A stretch of DNA of 64,000 bases from an uncultured Gammaproteobacteria bacterium (lineage in GTDB: Bacteria; Patescibacteriota; Patescibacteriia; Magasanikbacterales; UBA922), in NCBI GenBank assembly GCA_964566225.1, contig CAZMHV010000004.1:64248-128247 (forward strand), given 5' to 3'. Below are positions 9,693 through 20,225 of this stretch, piece after piece. Each line of letters opens with the position of its first letter. Within the stretch, counting starts at the first letter, position 1. Below the pieces are notes generated by a model. It saw nothing but the letters and a program-made list of their open reading frames with translations, had not been told where the DNA came from and made no database searches. The translations under genes were made by a program, and so were the position numbers.

Positions 9693-10343
9693 TTATTTTT
9701 TTAAATTATTGAGTTGTTCTTCCATTTTTTTCACATTGTCTTTGGCATTTCCCTGTGCAAAAATCGCACTGCCTGGACAAATTGCATCAACACCCGAAGC
9801 AACAATTTTTGGCAATGTTGTTTCATTCACTCCGCCATCAATTTCTACAAAGTGATGCCAACCACGAGTGCGGAATGCTTTTATTTTTTCCAAAACTTCT
9901 GGTTGAAACGGACGTCCCTGTGCCCCAGGTTCCACACTCAAAAAAAGTACCGCATCAATGTCATTGATATATGGCTCCAGCACATCAATAGAGGTTTCTG
10001 GTTTCAAAGCAACTCCCACTTCATACCCAGCTTCACGAATCGCAGCAATGGTATTGTCCATATCTTCGCGGGCAGCTTCAAAATGAAAATGCACACGTTT
10101 GATGAGTGAAATTTCACTCCAGCGCAAGAGTTCTTCCAGAGGATTTTGCACCATGAGGTGGAGTTCAATTTCTGTTTGTGCACATTCTTTTACCACCTGT
10201 GGATCGGCCCAGGTTTTGTTTGCCACAAAAAGACCATCAGCAATATCGAGCTGAATCATACTTACGGATTGACCGATCGCGTCAATATTTTTTTTGAATT
10301 CTTGTTCGGTTTGAACAAGAACAGATGGGATTATTTCAATCAT
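9693..10343 (-). CDS. rpe: Ribulose-phosphate 3-epimerase.
   Basis: Motifs IPSVL…DIADG and EIDGGVN. The start at MIEIIPSVL abuts the rpiB stop. Confidence 0.85.
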   Translation of the reverse strand: MIEIIPSVLVQTEQEFKKNIDAIGQSVSMIQLDIADGLFVANKTWADPQVVKECAQTEIELHLMVQNPLEELLRWSEISLIKRVHFHFEAAREDMDNTIAAIREAGYEVGVALKPETSIDVLEPYINDIDAVLFLSVEPGAQGRPFQPEVLEKIKAFRTRGWHHFVEIDGGVNETTLPKIVASGVDAICPGSAIFAQGNAKDNVKKMEEQLNNLKK

Positions 10344-10344
10344 A

Positions 10345-10794
10345 TTATTCAAGTTCAGCAACTTTGCTTAGTCTTCGTACATGTCGTGCATCTCCACTAA
10401 ATTCACTTTCAAGCCATTTTTTGACAATTGCCATGGCAAACTCTTCACTCACATGATCAGCAGCAAGTGCGAGTACATTGGTGTTGTCGTGTTGCATCAT
10501 ACTTTCACTAACAGCAATGTTGTAGCCAAGTCCCGCACGAATACCTGCCACTTTGTTGGAAGCAATACATACACCAATACCGTTGCGACAAATAACAATT
10601 CCTCGTCCACTCATTTCTAAAACTTTTTCAGTGAGAGGAATAACGTAATCTGGATAGTCGTCTGTTTCTACATATTCGTGTGGGCCGAGATCAGTGATAG
10701 AGCCTTGGAGTTCATTTTCAATATATCGAACCAGGCGTTTTTTGAGCCCATAGCCGCCATGGTCTGAAGCAATAAAGAGGGGACCCGTATACAT
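10345..10794 (-). CDS. rpiB: Ribose-5-phosphate isomerase B.
   Basis: Motifs IASDHGG and GIGVCIASNK. Length is 149 aa. Confidence 0.85.
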   Translation of the reverse strand: MYTGPLFIASDHGGYGLKKRLVRYIENELQGSITDLGPHEYVETDDYPDYVIPLTEKVLEMSGRGIVICRNGIGVCIASNKVAGIRAGLGYNIAVSESMMQHDNTNVLALAADHVSEEFAMAIVKKWLESEFSGDARHVRRLSKVAELE

Positions 10795-10990
10795 AAATCA
10801 AAAGTCAAAAGTTAGGTTTGTAAGTCCGATTATAACACGCTACCAAAGTCTCAGCAATCCTTTTTTACTTGGTTGGCATCCTTGGTCAGTGATTGACAAT
10901 CCTCCTAAAACAAGATAAAATACACTTTACCTTATATATAACTTATAGTAACTGGTTTTTCTCTAAAAAAAGCCAAAAAATCTCTTTTTT

Positions 10991-12832
10991 ATGAAAAATG
11001 TGTTTCGAAATGTCTTTGTCATAGTGATGGTTCTTTTTGGTTTGGCAGTACTTATGAATGCCCTGAGCTCTACTCATCAAGAGCCAGAAAAAGTAGCTAT
11101 CAACAAGTTGGTAGATGAAATTGGTGCTGGACAAGTAAAAACTATTGAAATTGACGGAGATAAACTTGCCGTGACCCTCAAAGACGAAGCTGCCAAGCCT
11201 CAAGAAATCAAAAAAGAATATGGACAGTCTTTTTCTGAACTCATGACTGACTATGGAGTAAAACCAGAACAGCTCAAGGGCGTTGACGTAAAAGTAAAAG
11301 AAGAAAGTGGTTGGAAGCTGTGGCTGGGTGTTTTGGCACCATATTTGTTGCCATTTTTGCTCATTGGTGGGCTTATTTTCTTTATGAGTCGCCAAGTGCA
11401 GGGAGTCAATGGCAAGGCTATGGGATTTGGTCAAAGTAGTGCCAAACAAGTAAAACCCGAAGATCAAGCCAACAAAAAAACATTTAAAGACGTGGCCGGT
11501 GCCCGTGAAGCCAAAGAAGAACTGGAAGAAGTCGTTCAATTTCTCAAGGAACCAAAGAAATTTGCAGAAATGGGAGCCAAGACTCCAAAGGGAGTACTCC
11601 TTATGGGTTCTCCGGGAACTGGTAAGACACTCCTTGCCAAAGCCGTTGCAGGTGAAGCTGGAGTGCCATTTTTTCACATGAGTGGTTCTGAATTTGTAGA
11701 AATGTTTGTGGGTGTCGGTGCATCTCGCGTTCGAGACCTCTTTCAAAAAGCCAAAAAAGCAGCTCCTGCTATTGTGTTTATCGATGAAATTGATGCTGTA
11801 GGCCGCAAGCGTGGGGCTGGACTTGGTGGAAGTCATGACGAACGTGAACAAACCCTCAACCAAATTCTGGTAGAAATGGATGGATTTGAACCAAACTCTG
11901 GTGTGATTGTCATGGCTGCTACGAACCGTCCAGACGTACTCGACAAGGCTTTGCTTCGTCCAGGACGTTTTGATCGCCAAGTGGTTATTGATTTGCCAGA
12001 TATTTCTGCCCGTGAAGAAATTTTGAAAGTACATGCTCAGGGCAAACCATTTGCTGCTGACGTGAGTCTTCATACTTTGGCTGAACGTACTCCAGGATTT
12101 TCTGGAGCAGACCTGGCAAACCTCCTCAACGAAGCCGCCATTCTCGCTGTGCGCAAAGGTAAAAAACAAATTGATGAAATTGATGTGCGTGAAAGTATTG
12201 ATAAAGTAATCCTTGGACCAGAAAAGAAATCTCGTATTATGAGTGAAAAGGATCGTGAAATGACAGCGTACCACGAAGCAGGACACGCGATTGTAGGTCA
12301 CTTCTTGGTAAACTGCGACCCTGTTCGTAAGGTTTCTATTATTGGTCGCGGCATGGCAGGGGGATACACTCTCTCAATGCCAGAGTCAGACAAACACTAC
12401 CAAACCATTGCACACTTCCGTGATGACATGGCTATGATGATGGGTGGATACGTAGCAGAGCGTATGATTTATGGTAATATCAACTTGTCTACTGGTCCAT
12501 CAAGTGATCTCAAAAAGGCAACACAATTGGCAACAGCCATGGTGACTCGCTACGGCATGAGTGACAAGCTTGGACCACGCGTGTTTACCCAAGGTGAAGA
12601 AATGATTTTCTTGGCCCAAGAAATTCACGACAAAAAAACATACAGTGAAAAAACTGCAGAAATTATTGACCAAGAAGTGGATCGCATGCTCAGTGAGGCA
12701 AAACAGCGTGCTGAGCAAATTCTCACAGAGAAGCGTGCTCAAATGGATAAACTTGTAGCCGTGCTCAAAGAAAAAGAAACCGTGGAACAAGAAGAATTTA
12801 AACTTGTTGTGGGCGAACGTCCAACTGCCTAA
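10991..12832 (+). CDS. ftsH: ATP-dependent zinc metalloprotease FtsH.
   Basis: N-terminal TM helices, Walker [12 protein letters not shown] region, and zinc motif HEAGHAIVG. Confidence 0.95.
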   Translation: MKNVFRNVFVIVMVLFGLAVLMNALSSTHQEPEKVAINKLVDEIGAGQVKTIEIDGDKLAVTLKDEAAKPQEIKKEYGQSFSELMTDYGVKPEQLKGVDVKVKEESGWKLWLGVLAPYLLPFLLIGGLIFFMSRQVQGVNGKAMGFGQSSAKQVKPEDQANKKTFKDVAGAREAKEELEEVVQFLKEPKKFAEMGAKTPKGVLLMGSPGTGKTLLAKAVAGEAGVPFFHMSGSEFVEMFVGVGASRVRDLFQKAKKAAPAIVFIDEIDAVGRKRGAGLGGSHDEREQTLNQILVEMDGFEPNSGVIVMAATNRPDVLDKALLRPGRFDRQVVIDLPDISAREEILKVHAQGKPFAADVSLHTLAERTPGFSGADLANLLNEAAILAVRKGKKQIDEIDVRESIDKVILGPEKKSRIMSEKDREMTAYHEAGHAIVGHFLVNCDPVRKVSIIGRGMAGGYTLSMPESDKHYQTIAHFRDDMAMMMGGYVAERMIYGNINLSTGPSSDLKKATQLATAMVTRYGMSDKLGPRVFTQGEEMIFLAQEIHDKKTYSEKTAEIIDQEVDRMLSEAKQRAEQILTEKRAQMDKLVAVLKEKETVEQEEFKLVVGERPTA

Positions 12833-12849
12833 CTTTTTCAAGATAAAAT

Positions 12850-12884
12850 AAAACCCGGTCGCCTTAGGTGACCGGGTTTTTTGA
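12850..12884. terminator. Rho-independent terminator after ftsH (AACCCGGTCGCC-TTAG-GTGACCGGGTTTTTTG).
   Basis: GC-rich stem plus a T-run 18 nt after the stop. An A-run on the other side makes it bidirectional. Confidence 0.65.
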
Positions 12885-12893
12885 TAGAAATTT

Positions 12894-13457
12894 TTAGGCA
12901 GCAAGTTCTTGGGGTGGGGGAGTTGCTGTTCTCGGGTCAGCACATTCTTGGAATTTGCCATGGTGCAATACGTAAAATTTATATTGAGGAGGTTCTGAAA
13001 CACCTTCGTCAGGATTTTTTGGAAACTGAATGTTTTGTAATTCTTGGTTATTGACAATTTGAGTAAAATTTTGAAATTCTACAGAGCTCTTATTTTTATT
13101 GGGGGCTTGTGCTGTGATAAGGTAGAGAGTTTCGTTTGGTTGGTCAATGTCATCCATCTGCAGGAGTTGCTCAATACTTTTCGTGCTACTTGGTCTCCAA
13201 CCACATGCCAAAAAGCGGCTCGTTTTTTGTTGGTCAGTGATATCGTCTATTTTGCCAAAGTCTAACTCTTCATCTTTTTTTGGATCTGAACTTTTTGGTG
13301 GTACTTCAAGAAGTCTTTTCATTAGGTCATAACGATCGATTTGTAGTGGGAGAGGTTGTGTTGGTTCTGATCGTATATCTCGTTGAGTCTCGTCAGTCTG
13401 CAAGAATATCTTTTCAACAAAATTATCAGAATCGTACTTCGAAGTATTTTCTGGCAT
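12894..13457 (-). CDS. Hypothetical protein (187 aa).
   Basis: ORF in an apparent minus-strand operon with the next two genes. No motif recognised. Confidence 0.4.
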   Translation of the reverse strand: MPENTSKYDSDNFVEKIFLQTDETQRDIRSEPTQPLPLQIDRYDLMKRLLEVPPKSSDPKKDEELDFGKIDDITDQQKTSRFLACGWRPSSTKSIEQLLQMDDIDQPNETLYLITAQAPNKNKSSVEFQNFTQIVNNQELQNIQFPKNPDEGVSEPPQYKFYVLHHGKFQECADPRTATPPPQELAA

Positions 13458-13480
13458 AGAAATGACGTGAATAAATAGGG

Positions 13481-14236
13481 TTAGGCGGCAATAGATGAAA
13501 GAGGTGCCTTTGGATCAATGTAGTTGTCACTCTGAGTTCCTACTTTGGAAAGTTTACCATTTTCTTCAATAAAAAATGTGTAGGCAACCTCAGGTATTTT
13601 TGTACTTTCGGGAATTTGGCTAAAATCTGGTCGTTTCATATTTCCAAATTTTTCATTTGGTCCTAAAAATTTGATAAAATATTCAGATGCAAGGGATCCT
13701 TTTTTAAAATTTGGTGCATAGGCAATAACACACTTAAATCCTTCTTTGATAGGTGTTCCTTCTTTTGGAAGATATCTATGATGGGTAGCTTCAAAGCCTG
13801 CTTTTACAAAGAGTTCTATTTTTACGTCATCAGAAAGTTTTTCACTATGCTCTAAAGAGTTCTCATTAAAAATTTTTTTCATTTCTAATGTAGTACTGGT
13901 TGGGGTGGACTCATTTGGGATTGTTGGGTTACCCTTTTCATCAAATTTTGGTAAATTGAGTACTGTGTTATCTGGATTTGTTTGTTTGATCGGTCCTTGT
14001 GATTCAGGGGATGGTCTTTCTTTTGACGGTGTTGTCACGATTCTTCCATCAGAACCAAATTGAGGAAGATTCATAAAAGTTCTTGCCTCTGAGCTAATAG
14101 TTGAGGGGTCAAAATCATCACCTTCAAGAATATCTGCAAGATTGTCGGTAGGTGGAAGATTTTGTATTTCTTTGATGACAGCTGCCTTGATAGCAGGATT
14201 ACTGATTTCATCTGGTCTTGGGCTACGTCTTTCCAT
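13481..14236 (-). CDS. Hypothetical protein (251 aa) with an internal NLP(Q/K)F repeat.
   Basis: ORF only. Confidence 0.4.
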   Translation of the reverse strand: MERRSPRPDEISNPAIKAAVIKEIQNLPPTDNLADILEGDDFDPSTISSEARTFMNLPQFGSDGRIVTTPSKERPSPESQGPIKQTNPDNTVLNLPKFDEKGNPTIPNESTPTSTTLEMKKIFNENSLEHSEKLSDDVKIELFVKAGFEATHHRYLPKEGTPIKEGFKCVIAYAPNFKKGSLASEYFIKFLGPNEKFGNMKRPDFSQIPESTKIPEVAYTFFIEENGKLSKVGTQSDNYIDPKAPLSSIAA

Positions 14237-14263
14237 ATGAGAATTAAGAGGTTAGTAAAATTT

Positions 14264-15523
14264 TTATGCTGCCACAGGTGTCTGCACTTTTCGTTCGAGT
14301 GCACGAGGCTTCACTGTTTTTGCAAGTATGGCTTGGTCGTCTTTTTTGGTGTCAGCTGCAGCTATAACTTCAAAGGCAATTCGGGCACGGTCTTCTGGAG
14401 AAGCTGCTGCAATTTTTTGTGACATTTCTTTTTGTTTATTTTCAATGTCACCGATACCATCTGTGGTATAAACTACTGTTTGGCCGGCTGAAAGTTCTTC
14501 GGCATGTACAAATGGTCTCACAAATCGGCTATCAGTACGACCGAGTGAAGATGTCATTCGGGTCGCAATTGCTTTTTTATCAAGTTTTGTACCATTTTCG
14601 TCAGTAAAGGTATAACCTGGAGCATCAATATCTTCTCCTTGTGCTCTCAAAATAGTTTCGAGTGAGTGTTCGGGAATAAGATTTTTTGAATTGCCTTGAT
14701 CATCGAGAGTCATTACTTTTCCATCTCCAACCTGACATGAAACTTCAAACCTACGCCCATCTGCGAGTGTAACCGTTTTACCAAAACTGATTGTTGTCTT
14801 TCCGTCTTTGAGAATTCTTTTTTCTCTCGTATTCTTTGCATTCTCAGCGACAAGTTTTTGGTGGGCCAGTTCTGTGGCTTGCTCAAGGAGTACTAACTCT
14901 CTTTGAACTTCTGGTGGGAGTGCCAAAAGGGCTGGGAGTTCTTGTTCTAGAAGAACTTGAAAATTTGGGTGAAACATATCAATATTTCTACCTTCGAGCT
15001 GTCTTGCTATAAGATTTCGCATTGAATCTTCTGTAATTGGTTCATTTGCAAATTTTTGACGTGTTTCAACATAGGACGTCCGCATGTTTTTGGAGACAAA
15101 TAAACTCGCATCTGCACCTTGTCCATCACCTTTGTCACCGAGTCCATCACAAACACCACCAATCCCTGTTTCAGGGTCGTAAAATAAAGAATCTTCACCT
15201 CTGTCCTCGGTTTCTCGCTTTATTCCTTTTTTAAGTCCAAAACTTAGTTCGAGAGCATTTCGTTCGTCAGTTGAGTGAACAAAAGCAACTGGTTCTTTTT
15301 GGGTCAATTCTGGAGTACAAAAACTATATGACACTTTTTCAAAATGTGTTGATACTTCTGGTGCCTTAAATGCTTCATTTGGAATTGGTGGAGGACCATT
15401 TCGTTTTATATCTGGAGGAATCGGTGGTGGTCCAGGTTTACGAACTTCTGCAGGAAGTGGGGGAGGAGATGGTCGTCGAACATCCATTGGTATTGGTGGA
15501 GGGCCTGGGCGTCGTTCTGTCAT
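14264..15523 (-). CDS. PP2C-family Ser/Thr phosphatase with four N-terminal poly-proline repeats (R-x-PGPPPIP-x-D/E-V).
   Basis: PP2C motif 1 (FGLKKGIKRETEDRGEDS), motif 2 (GVCDGLGDKGDG) and a late TDGIGD motif. The tandem repeats are RRPGPPPIPMDV, RRPSPPPLPAEV, RKPGPPPIPPDI and KRNGPPPIPNEA. Confidence 0.6.
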   Translation of the reverse strand: MTERRPGPPPIPMDVRRPSPPPLPAEVRKPGPPPIPPDIKRNGPPPIPNEAFKAPEVSTHFEKVSYSFCTPELTQKEPVAFVHSTDERNALELSFGLKKGIKRETEDRGEDSLFYDPETGIGGVCDGLGDKGDGQGADASLFVSKNMRTSYVETRQKFANEPITEDSMRNLIARQLEGRNIDMFHPNFQVLLEQELPALLALPPEVQRELVLLEQATELAHQKLVAENAKNTREKRILKDGKTTISFGKTVTLADGRRFEVSCQVGDGKVMTLDDQGNSKNLIPEHSLETILRAQGEDIDAPGYTFTDENGTKLDKKAIATRMTSSLGRTDSRFVRPFVHAEELSAGQTVVYTTDGIGDIENKQKEMSQKIAAASPEDRARIAFEVIAAADTKKDDQAILAKTVKPRALERKVQTPVAA

Positions 15524-15591
15524 AAAAGAATTAAGTAAATAGTATAAATTAACGATATTATATCATGTGAATTTTTTGTTGTGTAGGTATT

Positions 15592-16140
15592 TTACCACTT
15601 CAGTGTACCTGATTTCAACAAATAATCAAAATGCAAAATACTATACGCCAAATATTCATTTTTTACTGTGCCATCGAGTGCCATTTGGACTGCTTTTTTG
15701 AGGGGGACAAATACTGGAGTGATTTCTTCGGTAGGGTCTTGTGGCAGTGGATCACATACTAAATCTTTGGCTGCAAAAATATATGTGTCCCAGAGAAGAG
15801 TATCACTGGTTGAACCTTTTTTGAGAAGTTTGAGTTTCTTGGCGCGGTAGCCGGTTTCTTCGCGGAGTTCTCGCTGCGCAGCTGCGCGAGGAAGCTCATT
15901 TTTTTTGTCCATTCGTCCGGCTGGAAGAAACCAGACCGGTTGTTTGTAGCCATAGCGATATTCTCGGGTCATGAGAAGTTCGTTTTTTTCATTGAGTGCG
16001 AGTATGTGAATACTCGCTTCACGCTCGGCAAATTCAAAATATGTTTTTTGACCACTGGGGAGTGTCACATCTTGATGTTTGATGTTAAAAATTTTTCCTT
16101 TGAAGACTGTGGTGAATTTGCCGAATTTGAGGTGTTTCAT
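15592..16140 (-). CDS. NUDIX hydrolase.
   Basis: Nudix box PAGRMDKKNELPRAAAQRELREETGY. Start set at MKHLKFGKF. Confidence 0.75.
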   Translation of the reverse strand: MKHLKFGKFTTVFKGKIFNIKHQDVTLPSGQKTYFEFAEREASIHILALNEKNELLMTREYRYGYKQPVWFLPAGRMDKKNELPRAAAQRELREETGYRAKKLKLLKKGSTSDTLLWDTYIFAAKDLVCDPLPQDPTEEITPVFVPLKKAVQMALDGTVKNEYLAYSILHFDYLLKSGTLKW

Positions 16141-16205
16141 ATTTGAAAATTTTGCAGAGAGAATATATGTATTGTATCTTTTTTTGAGGAGGTGAGCAAA
16201 TATTT

Positions 16206-16240
16206 GGGTAAAAAAAATCCCGAACGAGTCGGGATGATTC
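16206..16240 (-). terminator. Terminator-like hairpin at the left edge of high-GC segment 2. On the minus strand ATCCCGACTCGTTCGGGAT is followed by TTTTTTTT.
   Basis: 7-bp stem followed by T8. It lies downstream of the 74-aa high-GC ORF. Confidence 0.4.
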
Positions 16241-16352
16241 CTCAAAGCCGATGTTTATCGAATCTGAGGAATCGACCGCCGGTGATGCAAGACTTGCGCG
16301 GGATGCGCAGGTCGAGTCAGCGGCGGGGTGAAGGCGTGGCGCCTTCGGTGGA

Positions 16353-16577
16353 CTACGCCCCGACGATGGGGCGGTAGGGCTCGCGGATCGCGCGGCCGTT
16401 GACGCCGGTGAGGGCCTGCTCGGTCTTGGGGTTGACCGCGGTGACCATGATCTCGTCTCCCACTCTAACCGCCTTGAGCTCGAACCGTTCCCCGGTCATG
16501 TTGGCTGCTGCAATCACCGCTGCCTCTGCAGCCTTCTTGGGATTCGGGTGCTTCACAATGTATACCCCCATAAACAT
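16353..16577 (-). CDS. Small high-GC hypothetical protein (74 aa; MGVYIVKHPNPKKAAEAAVIAAAN…).
   Basis: ORF with moderate GC3 bias inside a high-GC segment. No clear RBS. Confidence 0.3.
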   Translation of the reverse strand: MFMGVYIVKHPNPKKAAEAAVIAAANMTGERFELKAVRVGDEIMVTAVNPKTEQALTGVNGRAIREPYRPIVGA

Positions 16578-17072
16578 CCGTTGGTTGCCACGATCCTACC
16601 CACCCTCACTGGCGAGTAGGACCTTTTGGTTTACAACATATGTCATAAAACAAAAAATCCTACCCGCATGGATAAGATAACCTTCGTTTTTCCAATGTAT
16701 ATTGGAAACGTATCTTTCCCTATTCGGGCTGGAGTTACCACCTTGTTTTGACTTTTGACAAGCGCAAAGTAGGTTGGTTGGAGGTCATCGGGCCAGGTCC
16801 CTCGCTCCTTTCTCGATAATAAATTGACAAAATTTAGAGTATCAAAAGTTGCATGTGCTGTCAATATATTTATGCACATGTATTTAAAAAATTGGGGTCA
16901 GAATATTGACAAATTGGCCAAATTTTGATAGCCTCATTTGAGGTATATGTTTTTTCAGAAGGAAAAAGAGCATTTATATTCTTTTTTTCCTCCTGAAAAA
17001 CATCAACCTACAACATTTTGTCATACCAGGGGCACTCAATTTTTGAGTGATGACAAAAGACGGAGAAAATCC

Positions 17073-17840
17073 ATGATCGTTCACGTCGCTGGTGCGAATC
17101 GGGTTCCTCGTACGGAGAATTTTCTCAAGGGTCTTGGCGTCCGCATGGACTTTTTTGCGGACTGGGGGTACCCCGGTATGTACCGGGTCTGTTGCCAGGA
17201 GGATATCCTGCGGCTCGTGTCGCAGGTTGGTCCCAATGATCCGAATCGGTTGGTCCTGGACTTTCACATCCACGGTCTCAATCAATGGTCTCGGCTTCCA
17301 GTGGTGAGTGAGGACCATCGAAAAGTCTTCCTCAACACCTGGCTGCGACCCTATCTGCCCTTGTGGCAGATTGCAGAGAATATCTTGAAGCTGCAGCCCC
17401 CCCGCATCTTGGAGGGGATGCCCAGCATCAAGGTGGTCGCCCGTGAGAAGCCCGAGGAAAATTGGTCGGACGAAAACGTGAAGAATCGACAGAAACAGAA
17501 AAAGGGAAAATCCCTGGTCTGCTGTCCTTCACGCTACGAGTATTCTCTGGTTCTTTCGGACGATTTTCTGGTGAAAGTGCTGCTTCTCATCCCTGTCCGA
17601 GGGTTCCGGCAGGATTTCCACCGGATCATCGAGCTCTTTGAGCAGGGGGTTCTGGACGAGAACCTGACCATCCACGCCCTGCGTGAGCTCATCCTGTGTG
17701 TGCCGCAGGACTGGGATGGTCCACTGATCAAAGACACCTTCTCTCAACTGAAGTGGCCTCCACTCCCAACTGAAGTGGCCTCCACCCCAAGCGGCCAAGT
17801 CCCGGCGACGTCCGTTCCGCCGGACACGGGTCACCCCTGA
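17073..17840 (+). CDS. High-GC hypothetical protein (255 aa).
   Basis: A GGAG RBS lies 7 nt upstream of ATG 17073. GC3 bias is strong. The 3' end contains a 21-bp tandem duplication. Confidence 0.5.
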   Translation: MIVHVAGANRVPRTENFLKGLGVRMDFFADWGYPGMYRVCCQEDILRLVSQVGPNDPNRLVLDFHIHGLNQWSRLPVVSEDHRKVFLNTWLRPYLPLWQIAENILKLQPPRILEGMPSIKVVAREKPEENWSDENVKNRQKQKKGKSLVCCPSRYEYSLVLSDDFLVKVLLLIPVRGFRQDFHRIIELFEQGVLDENLTIHALRELILCVPQDWDGPLIKDTFSQLKWPPLPTEVASTPSGQVPATSVPPDTGHP

Positions 17841-17950
17841 GGAGGGGGGTGAGCCCTGAAAATCGACGAGGGGAATCGGTCTTCCAAGACTGGTTCCCTT
17901 CGTCGACCACTGTGATTTTTGTTGAAATGAAATTTCACTTTAATAAAAAT

Positions 17951-17986
17951 AAAAAAAATCCTGCTGTTGGGCAGGATTTTTTTTGT
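17951..17986. terminator. Bidirectional terminator (AAAAAAAATCCTGC-TGTTGG-GCAGGATTTTTTTTG) shared by the high-GC gene (+) and ahcY (-).
   Basis: Perfect 7-bp stem flanked by A8 and T8. Confidence 0.7.
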
Positions 17987-19399
17987 TTAATATCGGTAGT
18001 GATCTGGTTTGTATGGTCCGTTTTCGTTTACATTGAGGTACGCAGCTTGCGCAGGGGTCAACTTGGTGAGTTTCACCCCAAGTTTTGCGAGGTGCAAACG
18101 TGCCACTTCTTCATCAAGTTCTTTGGCCAGGCGATACACACCAACTTTGTACACATCTTTATTTTTCCACAAATCAATTTGGGCAAGTGTTTGATTACTA
18201 AATGAATTACTCATCACAAAACTTGGGTGGCCCGTGGCACAGCCAAGGTTCATGAGACGTCCTTCAGCCAAGAGGAACATTTCTTTGCCACTTGGAAAAA
18301 TATATTTATCTACTTGAGGTTTAATGTTTACTTTTTGTACACCTTCGGCAGTGTCGAGGCGTTCTACTTGAATTTCGTTATCAAAGTGACCAATGTTACT
18401 TACAATCGCTTGATCTTTCATGCCACTCATGTGTTCAAACGTAATCACATCTTTGTTGCCAGTGGTAGTCACATAAATATCTGCGCGACCGAGTGTATCT
18501 TCAATAGTGGTGACTTCGTATCCTTCCATGGCAGCTTGGAGTGCGCAAATTGGGTCGATTTCTGTGACGATCACGCGGCAGCCTTGGCCTTTGAGTGCTT
18601 GTGCGCAGCCTTTGCCCACGTCTCCGTATCCACACACGACAGCAACTTTTCCACCAATCATCACATCCATGGCACGGTTGAGTCCGTCCACAATTGAGTG
18701 ACGGCAACCATAGATGTTATCAAATTTACTTTTGGTAACAGAGTCGTTTACGTTGATGGCAGGGAAGAGCAATTTGCCTTCGTTCATCATTTGGTACAAG
18801 CGGTGCACACCTGTAGTTGTTTCTTCACTCACACCACGAACATTTTTGGCAACAGCAGTCCAACGAGTTGGATTTTCACTGTAGGTACGTGCAAGGAGTT
18901 TCATGAGTTCTTGGTAGTCTTTGCCTTCTTTGGAATAATCTGCAGTAAGCAAACTTGGATTTTCTTCTACTTCTTTTCCTTTGTGAATAAGCAGTGTAGA
19001 ATCTCCACCATCGTCTACAATGAGGTCTGGGCCTGTGCCATTGCCAAAGTCCAAGGCTTTTTCAGTACACCACCAGTATTCTTCAAGCGTTTCACCTTTC
19101 CATGCAAATACAGGAATTCCCGCAGCAGCAATAGCCGCCGCAGCATGGTCTTGGGTAGAAAAAATATTACAACTTACCCAGCGAACAGTGGCGCCAAGAG
19201 CGGCGAGGGTTTCAATGAGCACGGCTGTCTGAATGGTCATGTGGAGACTGCCCATGATTTTGACGCCCTGGAGAGGTTTTTCGGCAGCATATTTATTGCG
19301 AATCGACATGAGTCCTGGCATTTCGTCTTCGGCAATTTCAATTTCTTTGCGGCCCCAATCTGCGAGGGTAATATCTTTTACTTTGAAGTCTTGACTCAT
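17987..19399 (-). CDS. ahcY: S-adenosyl-L-homocysteine hydrolase (adenosylhomocysteinase).
   Basis: Full-length 470 aa with conserved AhcY blocks ([19 protein letters not shown]-binding [16 protein letters not shown]). Confidence 0.95.
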   Translation of the reverse strand: MSQDFKVKDITLADWGRKEIEIAEDEMPGLMSIRNKYAAEKPLQGVKIMGSLHMTIQTAVLIETLAALGATVRWVSCNIFSTQDHAAAAIAAAGIPVFAWKGETLEEYWWCTEKALDFGNGTGPDLIVDDGGDSTLLIHKGKEVEENPSLLTADYSKEGKDYQELMKLLARTYSENPTRWTAVAKNVRGVSEETTTGVHRLYQMMNEGKLLFPAINVNDSVTKSKFDNIYGCRHSIVDGLNRAMDVMIGGKVAVVCGYGDVGKGCAQALKGQGCRVIVTEIDPICALQAAMEGYEVTTIEDTLGRADIYVTTTGNKDVITFEHMSGMKDQAIVSNIGHFDNEIQVERLDTAEGVQKVNIKPQVDKYIFPSGKEMFLLAEGRLMNLGCATGHPSFVMSNSFSNQTLAQIDLWKNKDVYKVGVYRLAKELDEEVARLHLAKLGVKLTKLTPAQAAYLNVNENGPYKPDHYRY

Positions 19400-19710
19400 A
19401 AGAGAATGAAAAAATATGAAAATTACGTTGTGAGTAAATCAGCAGAAAGGCTGATAGTGGTTCATAGTATACTGTGATTTTTTCATTTGGACAAGAGGTA
19501 AAAAAAATTTTTTATCGAAAAATATAGGCCTGTACAAAGCAAAATTTATGTGAAACAGTGCATAAGTACCTTGACGAAGATGCAAGAAGGTACTATACTG
19601 AGTGATTGTTGTCAAAATCACATGAGTGGGAAAAAGGCTTTGTAAAAGTTTTTTTCCCGGGCATGTGTCCAGCGAGGGGCTGGCAATACTGCGCGGGCGG
19701 GAGCAATGAC

Positions 19711-19965
19711 ATGAGTCATAAGGTTCGCGTGGAGCTGTTTCCGGGGTTGACCCTTACCGGTCATCCCCATTGGCTGATGATCCTCCTTTTCGGGGGAGGT
19801 CACCAGTTCGTCGGCTCGGCCGAGGCGAACATCGCCGAGGCTCCCCGCCAGATGGTGGAGGTCGTCCACGGGCTGCAGCGCCCGTCGGTGGCCTGCACCA
19901 CCCTGTCGTTCACCACGACCGCTCGTGGCGGCATCAAGCGCCGCCTCCGTTCGAGTCGCTGCTGA
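19711..19965 (+). CDS. Small high-GC hypothetical protein (84 aa) in high-GC segment 3.
   Basis: A GGGAG RBS lies 7 nt upstream of the ATG. GC3 bias is strong in this frame only. Confidence 0.3.
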   Translation: MSHKVRVELFPGLTLTGHPHWLMILLFGGGHQFVGSAEANIAEAPRQMVEVVHGLQRPSVACTTLSFTTTARGGIKRRLRSSRC

Positions 19966-20095
19966 ACGACCACCTCGCCGAGTGAGGTGACTACCGAGCA
20001 ATCGGTCTGTCACATCTGCACTCTGCGATCGGTGAGGGCGTCGTGCTATGGGTTACCCCCAAGCACGGCGCCCTCACCAAAAAGTAAAATATTTC

Positions 20096-20131
20096 AAAAC
20101 AGTCCTAGCTTTTTGCAGGACTGTTTTTTTG
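20096..20131. terminator. Terminator at the right edge of high-GC segment 3 (ACAGTCCT-AGCTTTTTGC-AGGACTGTTTTTTTG).
   Basis: 8-bp stem plus T7. Confidence 0.6.
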
Positions 20132-20225
20132 TATTTGGGAGGAGTATGTAGTATTCACTAAATTTTTTTATATTGACGGATGAGAGTGAAGAGAGTAAAT
20201 TTATAAGTATTCTGAAATATAAAAT

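Noticed and set aside
10943-12301. 452-aa minus-strand ORF.
   Set aside because: Antisense to ftsH. It is F/H/C-rich with nonsense composition.
19618-20013. 131-aa minus-strand ORF in high-GC segment 3.
   Set aside because: It is R/G/A-rich and antisense to the GC3-biased 84-aa plus-strand frame, which has a GGGAG RBS.
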